A DNA stretch of 64,000 nt from an uncultured Thermoplasmata archaeon. GTDB taxonomy: Archaea > Thermoplasmatota > Thermoplasmata > Halarchaeoplasmatales > Halarchaeoplasmataceae. Shown piece after piece: positions 57,303-64,000 of the stretch. The notes beneath the pieces are model-generated. The model saw only the letters and a program-made list of their open reading frames with translations, had not been told where the DNA came from and did not search any database. The first letter of the stretch is position 1, and each line of letters opens with the position of its first letter. The translations under genes were made by a program, and so were the position numbers. The DNA lies in contig CAYMXS010000006.1 in NCBI GenBank assembly GCA_964394465.1, positions 5,836 to 69,835 on the forward strand, given 5' to 3'.

Positions 57303-57798
57303 CCCAAAAGCTGTGAACGAGGCATTACAAGAAAACGAAGAGGCCTTCTCTCACTACTATCAAGACTCGCAACTCGAAGAGGGATTAGATCCACATGACC
57401 AAATTAAAACACAACACCATAAAGCATGTCGATTGATAGAGGCGTGTCATACCCTTAGGAAAAACGACGGATACTATACCAGTGTCATGGAGATGTCTTT
57501 TGCGGCTATAGAACGCTCGTTGGAATGGTACGTGCTCGCTCAATCTAATGATGAAGTCAGCGACTTTCAAACGCATAGATATGCTTATGATAGAGCGGCG
57601 GAACTGGGATTGTTTTCTCAATCTCTCTGCGATGACCTGTTTCAATCATACAAAAATAATCGCTCAGCAGCATATTACAGAGATACGGTAGCTACGAAAG
57701 AACAGGCCGATAAACTCTTCCACTTAGCAAAAACTCTTCACGAGTTTATATCTAATCACTTACAGACTTCTCATGAGTGTATCTGTAGGTCCGGATGA
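57292..57798 (+). CDS. all-alpha HEPN-like partner of the MNT (putative)
   Basis: 11-nt overlap with the MNT gene. Helical 168-aa protein with NNRSAAYYRD region, but no clean Rx4-6H motif. Confidence 0.35.
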   Translation: MTDDPKAVNEALQENEEAFSHYYQDSQLEEGLDPHDQIKTQHHKACRLIEACHTLRKNDGYYTSVMEMSFAAIERSLEWYVLAQSNDEVSDFQTHRYAYDRAAELGLFSQSLCDDLFQSYKNNRSAAYYRDTVATKEQADKLFHLAKTLHEFISNHLQTSHECICRSG

Positions 57799-57856
57799 TC
57801 TTCACCGTGAAAACTTCGTCCAGTGACCGAGCCTATTGAAAAGAAGAGATAGATGT

Positions 57857-58180
57857 CTAGAACCATCCTGCCTTAGCCATCGCCTCTTTGGCTATCTTGC
57901 CGCTCGGGCCGTCGCCTCTAGCTACCGTCACGCCGACGTCTTCTCCGACTACCTGAGATATCTCCGCTACGTCTTCGTGAGTGAAGCCGGGGCACAACAG
58001 GATGGACTGCACGCCCTCTTCCTCCACATGATCCTTACACACTTCCAAGGCCTCTTCCTGATCGCTGACCAGGCACGTATATAACTTGTACTTCTCCGTC
58101 TCTATCACGTTCCTATGTTCTTCCGGATCGGCATCCGGCGTGTGAGCCACGAATAAAGATCTGAACTTCATATCTATCAC
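57857..58180 (-). CDS. hypothetical small protein (alpha/beta)
   Basis: 107-aa ORF co-directional with, and 4 nt from, the flavin reductase gene. Confidence 0.4.
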   Translation of the reverse strand: MIDMKFRSLFVAHTPDADPEEHRNVIETEKYKLYTCLVSDQEEALEVCKDHVEEEGVQSILLCPGFTHEDVAEISQVVGEDVGVTVARGDGPSGKIAKEAMAKAGWF

Positions 58181-58183
58181 GTT

Positions 58184-58792
58184 TCAATCTCGCTTTATCT
58201 TTTCTATCTCTTTCCCGACTGAGAACTCCTCGCCCTTTACATGGCAGACCGAGCCCAGTTCCTCTAGATTCAAACGGTCGTTTTCAACGGCTTTCTCGTC
58301 CGCCGAGATATGCACGACCTTTCCGACGAGCAGAAGATGATCCTCTCCAGAATACTCGTCCCAGTACTCGCACTCCATGTTCACCGGGGCCTCGTCCACG
58401 CAGGGCGGTTTCACCTTCTTGGACTCCCTCTCGTTGAGACCTACCTGCTCGAATTCGCTCCTATCTCTAGGAAGAGATATCTCGGTTTCGATACCCCTCT
58501 TCATCCATTTCTCCGTCAGAGGCGCCACAACGAACTCTTTTGTTTCCCTAGCGTTCAAAAGAGTGTCCTTCTTTTTTCCAACGGATATCGCTATCAACGG
58601 TGGCTCGAAAGAAACGGGCGTTACGAAACTGTAGGGGGCTAGATTTGCATCTCCTTCCTCATCTATAGTCGAAACACAGACCGTAGGTCTGGGCGCTATA
58701 AAACCGTAATAATCCTTAGGTGATATGCTCTTCGTGGGCATGGTGTTCTCCTCCCTTGTTAAGAGGTTCACTCCGTACTTATCTCTTTTCAT
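58184..58792 (-). CDS. flavin reductase-like FMN-binding split-barrel protein
   Basis: [37 protein letters not shown] conserved flavin-reductase core. Confidence 0.75.
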   Translation of the reverse strand: MKRDKYGVNLLTREENTMPTKSISPKDYYGFIAPRPTVCVSTIDEEGDANLAPYSFVTPVSFEPPLIAISVGKKKDTLLNARETKEFVVAPLTEKWMKRGIETEISLPRDRSEFEQVGLNERESKKVKPPCVDEAPVNMECEYWDEYSGEDHLLLVGKVVHISADEKAVENDRLNLEELGSVCHVKGEEFSVGKEIEKIKRD

Positions 58793-58795
58793 ATC

Positions 58796-59338
58796 TCACT
58801 CGGAAGCACTCCACACCCCAGTGTTCTGCTCCCGAGCTTCAATCTCATAGTCCATGTAATCGGATTCGCGTTCGAAATCACCTTTTTCATACACCCTGGC
58901 CCAGCCGTGCTTGATCAGCTCCGCTCCCAGGTCCGTGCCGTTGCCTAACTCTATGTAAGCCAGAGTGCGGCCGTAGTAGCCCTCCTTCCCGGCCTCTTCA
59001 TCGTAAACTAACGTTACCTCGTTCCCTATCCATCTCTTCGTAAAATTGGTCGCCCGATGACCGCATCGCCTCAGCCACTCCTCGCTGTATATGCCCTCCC
59101 ATTCTGAAGGTGCTACTTCGACATGGACCTCCGGCGTGTCTATCCCCAAGATGCGGACCTCTTTTATCTCGCCGTCGTCCTTTTCAACTTCTATCGTGTC
59201 TCCGTCCGTGACCTCGTGTACTTTCACCTTCTCGTCACTGTATTTGTCGTCACCCATCGGAAGATCGGTGCATCCCGAGTGGAAGAGAGTGAGCACGAGC
59301 AGCACGGATACCAGAAACACGAGGGTCTTCTTGCGCAA
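58796..59338 (-). CDS. thermonuclease (staphylococcal nuclease/SNase-like), secreted/lipoprotein-like
   Basis: Signal peptide with Cys (LFHSGCTD). SNase motifs VTDGDTIEV and RILGIDTPE. Confidence 0.8.
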   Translation of the reverse strand: MRKKTLVFLVSVLLVLTLFHSGCTDLPMGDDKYSDEKVKVHEVTDGDTIEVEKDDGEIKEVRILGIDTPEVHVEVAPSEWEGIYSEEWLRRCGHRATNFTKRWIGNEVTLVYDEEAGKEGYYGRTLAYIELGNGTDLGAELIKHGWARVYEKGDFERESDYMDYEIEAREQNTGVWSASE

Positions 59339-59445
59339 CTAGATGCCTCCTGACGCCACTACAATAAAGGCATACAATCTAAATCTATCGGTCATGGAGG
59401 CAAAGCAAGGCGTAAATAAGTAAAGGAAGATGTCTATTCGAAAAC

Positions 59446-60024
59446 ATGAAAAATATAGCGGAGTACCTCTTCGAGGTCGGCGAGTTGAAAAAGGTAAAGA
59501 GGTCTGGATGGTGGTATGCCGGTGTGAAGGACCCGGAGAGCGTGGCGGATCATTCCTTCAGAGCAGCCATAATAGGTTACGTTCTAGCCAGTTTGGAGAA
59601 CGCCGATGAAGAGAGGACGGCCTGCCTCTGTCTATTCCACGATGTGCCGGAGGCCAGGATGTTGGATCTGAACAAGATAGCCCAGAGGTATATATCTACA
59701 GAAAAAGAGGAGGAAGAGATCTCTAGGGACCAAGTAAAGGACCTCCCAGAAGAGTTATCTAGTGACCTTAGAGGATTTTTAGAGGAATTCAACGGAGGAG
59801 ATTCAAAAGAGGGAGAACTTGCTAGGGACGCTGACCTTTTGGAATGCCTTCTCCAGGCTAAAGAGTACAAGAGGAACGGACATGAATTAGCAGAAGAATG
59901 GATAAAGAACTGCTACGATTCTTTAGAGAGCCAAGGCGGGATAGAACTGGCGGAACGATGTATGGAGATGGAACCCGAGGAATGGTGGGAAGGCCTGAAG
60001 GAAGAGATAATGAAAGAGGAGTGA
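59446..60024 (+). CDS. HD-domain phosphohydrolase (YfbR-like 5'-deoxynucleotidase family)
   Basis: H...HD metal motifs (ADHSFRAAIIGYVLA ... LFHDVPE). Confidence 0.75.
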   Translation: MKNIAEYLFEVGELKKVKRSGWWYAGVKDPESVADHSFRAAIIGYVLASLENADEERTACLCLFHDVPEARMLDLNKIAQRYISTEKEEEEISRDQVKDLPEELSSDLRGFLEEFNGGDSKEGELARDADLLECLLQAKEYKRNGHELAEEWIKNCYDSLESQGGIELAERCMEMEPEEWWEGLKEEIMKEE

Positions 60025-60076
60025 TAATATCTCTACGGTTCTGGGAATTCACGACGGGCACGACGCCGGAGCTGCT

Positions 60077-61669
60077 TTGATAGACGACGAAAAGATCATA
60101 GCGGTCAACGAGGAACGGTTGAGCAGGGAGAAATACCATCGGGGCTTTCCAGAACGTTCGATAAAAAAAGTTTTAGAACTCTTCGATGGAAAACCAGAAG
60201 ATATCGATAGAGTCGCAGTTGCGGGCATCTACAGGAAGAAGAAAAGACTGCTCAAGATGAAGAACGGTATCGAAAGGATGATCGGTAATCCACAGAAGAT
60301 GATCAACGTGGAGCATCACCTTGCTCATGCGGCCGGCGCATACTACACCGGCGGATGGGATAGGACCACCGTTCTGACCATCGACGCAGCGGGAGACGGT
60401 CTTTCCTCTACGGTTTATAGTGGAGAAGATGGGAGATTGAAGAAGATAGCCCAGTCATCATATCTGGATTCCTTAGGAGATTTCTACGCGTCCATAACCG
60501 ATATGCTTGGATTCGTTCCCATGAGGCACGAGGGGAAGATCATGGCCCTGGGAGCGATGGATGGAGTAAAAAAATATGATTTCTCAAACTGCTTGAGTGT
60601 GAACGGGATGAGCTTTGAGAACCGGACGGAGGTGACGGGCTCTGAATGTACAAGAGAGCTGGCGGAAAAAACAGATTTTCCTCTCAACCGAAAAGATGAG
60701 TGCGCCAACGTTCTGAGGAAGGGAAAGATGGAGCACGAACTGTCGAGAAAAGCGGTGGACATAGCCAGTTCGGCCCAATCACACCTTGAAAAATCCCTTA
60801 ACGAGCTGTGTAGGAACCTGCAGAGTAGCGGGTATCTGGACGAGGCGTCAAAACAAAGGATAGCCTATTCCGGAGGCGTGGCCCAGAACGTTAAAGGCAA
60901 CGCGGTCTTGAAAGAGAATTTCGATGAGTGCTGGGTATCTCCACACATGGGGGACGGTGGTCTAGCACTTGGAGCCGCCCTTTATGTAAATTCTGAGTTA
61001 AACAGTGAAAGGATCATGTGGGACTGGAAGGGAGACGTGAAAAACGTCTATCTCGGCCCAAGGTACGAGACTGAAAACCTGTTGAGTGATATAGAGGCTC
61101 GGAAAGAACTGAAGATCGAAGAGCCGAAAAACATAGAAAAGAGGATAGCGGAGGAACTATCTAGAGGGAACACGGTCTGCCTGTTCCAGGGAAAGATGGA
61201 GTACGGTCCCAGAGCATTAGGCAACCGTTCGATCCTGGCCGATCCTTCAAAAGAAGAGATGAAAGAACATCTGAACAACGCCCTCGGAAGGGAGCCGTTC
61301 CAACCATTCTCTCCGACCATCTTGGAGGGTTACAAAAAGAAATATCTTAAAGATCCAACGACCAACAAGTTCATGACCATGAGCTACGAAACGACGGAAA
61401 TAGCAAAAAAGGATATGCCAGCAACGGTACACGTGGACGGAACGACGAGGGCTCAGATAATAGATAAGACAGATAACGAGCTGTTCTACGAGATCATAAA
61501 AGAATTCGAAAAGAAGACCGGTATCGGAGCGGTGCTGAACACCAGCTTCAACCTGCACGGAGAGCCGATCGTGTGCGGGCCGGAAGAGGCCGTAGAGACC
61601 TTCGAAAAGACCGGACTGGATATATTAGTCCTGGAAGACCTTATACTGAGACCTCTAAGTTCTCGATGA
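60077..61669 (+). CDS. carbamoyltransferase (NodU/CmcH/TobZ family, ASKHA/Kae1-like fold)
   Basis: N-terminal IIAVNEERLSREKYHRGFP and C-terminal carbamoyltransferase domain. 530 aa. Confidence 0.75.
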   Translation: MIDDEKIIAVNEERLSREKYHRGFPERSIKKVLELFDGKPEDIDRVAVAGIYRKKKRLLKMKNGIERMIGNPQKMINVEHHLAHAAGAYYTGGWDRTTVLTIDAAGDGLSSTVYSGEDGRLKKIAQSSYLDSLGDFYASITDMLGFVPMRHEGKIMALGAMDGVKKYDFSNCLSVNGMSFENRTEVTGSECTRELAEKTDFPLNRKDECANVLRKGKMEHELSRKAVDIASSAQSHLEKSLNELCRNLQSSGYLDEASKQRIAYSGGVAQNVKGNAVLKENFDECWVSPHMGDGGLALGAALYVNSELNSERIMWDWKGDVKNVYLGPRYETENLLSDIEARKELKIEEPKNIEKRIAEELSRGNTVCLFQGKMEYGPRALGNRSILADPSKEEMKEHLNNALGREPFQPFSPTILEGYKKKYLKDPTTNKFMTMSYETTEIAKKDMPATVHVDGTTRAQIIDKTDNELFYEIIKEFEKKTGIGAVLNTSFNLHGEPIVCGPEEAVETFEKTGLDILVLEDLILRPLSSR

Positions 61670-62159
61670 AGGCGTCAGTACGACCCCTGAGCTCGTTCAA
61701 AAAGGTCTCCTTATCTTCCGGGGCGATGTATATCTTTCCACCGTAGATGGTACCTGGATCCGAGACGATCAGAAGACCGTCTCGCTCCCCTGCGAACATC
61801 GCATAGAACTTTCCAAGGTCGCTGTTCGAATACCTCCCGCCGACGAAGGAGATACCGAACCTTCTGATCGACAAGACGGGCAGGTGGTATGAACGTATCT
61901 TTTCTATATCGTTGTACGGTAATTCCTTTTTTCCGAAGGGCCACTTGCAGACCAAGGAATCCTCTGTCAAGATGTACTCAATCCGGTATGGTACGACCAA
62001 CAGGGACAGAGGTATCAAACCGACAAGGGCTATGATAAAAGAAGGCGCAAACTCCCTCTCCATCAGATATGATATCAGACCTAGAACTACGAGGAAGGCG
62101 CCCAGACCTCCGTAGAGTCCCCTTGTAGACCAGGTCACCTCAGGTCTGAAAGTCTTCAT
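61641..62159 (-). CDS. membrane protein with bacterial-type PH-like domain (hypothetical)
   Basis: Two N-terminal TM helices followed by a ~100-aa beta-rich domain. 29-nt convergent overlap with the carbamoyltransferase gene. Confidence 0.4.
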   Translation of the reverse strand: MKTFRPEVTWSTRGLYGGLGAFLVVLGLISYLMEREFAPSFIIALVGLIPLSLLVVPYRIEYILTEDSLVCKWPFGKKELPYNDIEKIRSYHLPVLSIRRFGISFVGGRYSNSDLGKFYAMFAGERDGLLIVSDPGTIYGGKIYIAPEDKETFLNELRGRTDAFIENLEVSV

Positions 62160-62210
62160 GGTTATAGATGTGATTAGATTTATTTTTAGTTTAGGGCTAA
62201 AAAACCTGAA

Positions 62211-62969
62211 CTAAGGTAGAAAACCTATCTCTATCACTCCAAGGAAGTACAAAAGAGCCAAGATCACGGGCTGGTGAAGAAGATATATCTTCAGTGAGTT
62301 ACGGCCCAAGAAGGTCATCACTTCTATCGGCTTTTTATCTGAAAGTTCAGGCACGTCGATTCTTCTTTTTCCTTCTGGATATAGCTCTTTTCCCAGATAC
62401 AGACCGACCAAGACGACGGCGAACCAAGGCAGTAATGGAAAGTAATCCACGCTCGAAAAACTGCTTGAAGTCAAGCCGAGCCAGAGCAGGATGTTTGTCT
62501 CCACCGTCATACTTCCCACCCACAGGCCAAGAGGGACAACTAAAAGAGCTATCAGCAGATTCACCTTCCTGTATCTCAGAAGTGGAAAGGCCAGTATTAT
62601 AGATACACCTATGAAATGAAGGATGCCGAAGAGAATATGATCACCAGGTATGACTAGATAGGTCACACCCGTTATTATCAGGCCATAGAAAAATATCTTC
62701 AGACCCCTTTTAATATACTTGAACGCCAGCTCTTTCTGGGAAAGGTCTGCCGACTTGGAATAGCTGAGCGTTAGTGAAAGACCGACCAGAAAGATGAAGG
62801 TCAGAGCGGTGAACCTACCCAGGATAAGAAGTTTCAGGGAGTAAACGTCGACACCGTAATCCCCGAAATAATACAGGTCGTAAAAGAAATGGAACAATAT
62901 CATCGTTATGACCGCGATGCCCCTAGCCACGTCGACTTCCCAGTACCTCTCCGGCTCCTCTTCATTCAT
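62211..62969 (-). CDS. DUF1624 (heparan-alpha-glucosaminide N-acetyltransferase-like) polytopic membrane protein
   Basis: RYWEVDVARGIAVITMILFH N-terminal signature. Multiple TM helices. Confidence 0.55.
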   Translation of the reverse strand: MNEEEPERYWEVDVARGIAVITMILFHFFYDLYYFGDYGVDVYSLKLLILGRFTALTFIFLVGLSLTLSYSKSADLSQKELAFKYIKRGLKIFFYGLIITGVTYLVIPGDHILFGILHFIGVSIILAFPLLRYRKVNLLIALLVVPLGLWVGSMTVETNILLWLGLTSSSFSSVDYFPLLPWFAVVLVGLYLGKELYPEGKRRIDVPELSDKKPIEVMTFLGRNSLKIYLLHQPVILALLYFLGVIEIGFLP

Positions 62970-63077
62970 CCGTTCTTGAAGAGTCCGAAAGAGGATAAAA
63001 ATCTTCCTACCTGTAAGAACAGATAGACCAAAAAGGAGGGAAAACTACATATAAGAGTATTCGAATATTCGAATACG

Positions 63078-63407
63078 ATGAGCCGAGAAGACGATGAGAT
63101 ACTGCGGTTACAGGCCGACCTGTGCAAGATGTTGGCGCATCCCCTCAGACTGAAGATACTGGAGGAACTGTGCGAAGGTGAGAAGAACGTCTCACAGTTA
63201 CTGTCCAAGGTGGACGCGCGTCAGCCCACGGTATCGCAGCACCTGAGAGAGTTAAAAAAAGCGGAACTGGTCAAGACGAGAAAGGATGGCGCCAAGGTCT
63301 TCTACCGCCTGGCTCATCCCGAGATAATGGACGCTTGCCAGATCATAAGAGATGTGCTGATCAAAAGGTACGATGAAGATAAAAAGATCCTAGAAGGAGG
63401 TAGATAA
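63078..63407 (+). CDS. ArsR/SmtB-family transcriptional regulator
   Basis: LKILEELCEGEKNVSQLLSKVDARQPTVSQHLRELKKAELV HTH. Confidence 0.8.
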   Translation: MSREDDEILRLQADLCKMLAHPLRLKILEELCEGEKNVSQLLSKVDARQPTVSQHLRELKKAELVKTRKDGAKVFYRLAHPEIMDACQIIRDVLIKRYDEDKKILEGGR

Positions 63408-63408
63408 T

Positions 63409-63810
63409 ATGAATGTGGAAGATGAAGAAGTAGAGAAGCTTAAGAAGGAGAAGATGAAGCAGATGATGAGTGGAGAGACACAAGAAGAGATCTCAGAGCC
63501 GATAAAGCTCAGCGACCGTAACTTTCAGGAGAAGGTGAAGGAACACGAGGTTATGGTCGTAGATGCATGGGCGCCCTGGTGCGGCCCCTGCAAGATGATG
63601 GAGCCCGTTATAGAGGAATTAGCTGAGAAGTTCGCCGGCCAGATAGTCTTCGGGAAGCTGAACGTCGACAACAATCAGCGGACGGCTAGTCAGTTCGGTA
63701 TATCCGGTATTCCAACTCTGTTGGTCTTCAAGAACGGCGAGGTAGCCGACAAGATGGTCGGCGCTTCATCGAAAGCCCAGCTGGAGCAGAAACTGCAGAG
63801 GTTCTTATAG
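63409..63810 (+). CDS. trxA: thioredoxin
   Basis: WCGPC active site. GGAGGT SD upstream. Confidence 0.9.
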   Translation: MNVEDEEVEKLKKEKMKQMMSGETQEEISEPIKLSDRNFQEKVKEHEVMVVDAWAPWCGPCKMMEPVIEELAEKFAGQIVFGKLNVDNNQRTASQFGISGIPTLLVFKNGEVADKMVGASSKAQLEQKLQRFL

Positions 63811-63858
63811 AAAGGGGTAAAAGCATAAATCACACCCCTAGTGTGGAGAGACGATAAC

Positions 63859-64000
63859 ATGACTCACGACGTTTTGGTCATAGGGACTGGCCCCGCGGGT
63901 TACACCGCCGCTATCTACACCGCAAGATATCGTTTGGACACTATACAGATAGGCGAGATGCCCGGCGGCCTCTTATCGGAGTCTCCGGACGTATGCAACT
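63859..64000 (+). CDS. trxB: thioredoxin-disulfide reductase (N-terminal fragment; continues past window end)
   Basis: VLVIGTGPAGYTAAIYTAR FAD-binding GxGxxG start. Truncated by the window edge. Confidence 0.7.
   Translation, partial: MTHDVLVIGTGPAGYTAAIYTARYRLDTIQIGEMPGGLLSESPDVCN

Overview
This is an archaeal chromosomal window. The evidence is a canonical archaeal ribosomal-protein superoperon (uL3 through uL15, including eS4, eL32, eL19, aSUI1 and RNase P Rpp29) followed by SecY, DUF106, archaeal Cmk and Cbf5; an intron-containing tRNA; GGAGGTGA-type Shine-Dalgarno sequences; and surface proteins dense in N-x-S/T sequons. The composition is moderately AT-rich, and many proteins are acidic or Lys/Glu-rich. 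The lineage cannot be fixed from sequence alone; a Thermoplasmatota-like or marine euryarchaeon is my guess.

Main contents, in order:
- 1.6-8.7 kb, minus strand: a co-oriented cluster of three large secreted proteins (papain-like C1 peptidase, parallel beta-helix/PKD protein, PQQ-propeller/FN3 protein).
- 9.3-19.4 kb: housekeeping and hypothetical genes, including GlyRS, a 2-hydroxyacid dehydrogenase and CBS/UspA/amidohydrolase proteins.
- 19.48-19.58 kb: tRNA-Ser(GGA) with a 21-nt intron.
- 19.6-35.3 kb, minus strand: Cbf5-Cmk-DUF106-SecY and 24 ribosomal or translation-related genes. uS14 (type Z) was missing from the ORF track and was recovered by hand.
- 35.6-41.7 kb: regulators, a MATE transporter, a beta-CASP RNase and a radical-SAM protein.
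- 41.7-49.6 kb: the most unusual locus. Two tandem, divergent Ras-like small GTPases carry a non-canonical G3 motif (DxxGD) and a shared C-terminal extension. They sit tail-to-tail with a 2058-aa giant surface protein. That protein has about 15 tandem Ig-like repeats plus cadherin-like modules, and after its single TM helix a roughly 140-aa cytoplasmic domain that resembles Roadblock/LC7 (MglB-like). I read this as a candidate adhesin-coupled small-GTPase signalling module.
- 49.7-53.1 kb: an Lhr-core helicase overlapping a metallophosphoesterase (Lhr-MPE pair).
- 53.2-56.4 kb: a membrane-anchored family-5 SBP-like protein fused to CARDB/Ig domains.
- 56.6-57.8 kb: a wHTH-MNT nucleotidyltransferase overlapping a HEPN-like gene (TA-like).
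- 57.9-64.0 kb: SNase, flavin reductase, HD hydrolase, carbamoyltransferase, ArsR, thioredoxin and the partial thioredoxin reductase.

No CRISPR array, transposase or rRNA was found. Several structured or inverted-repeat non-coding elements are flagged.
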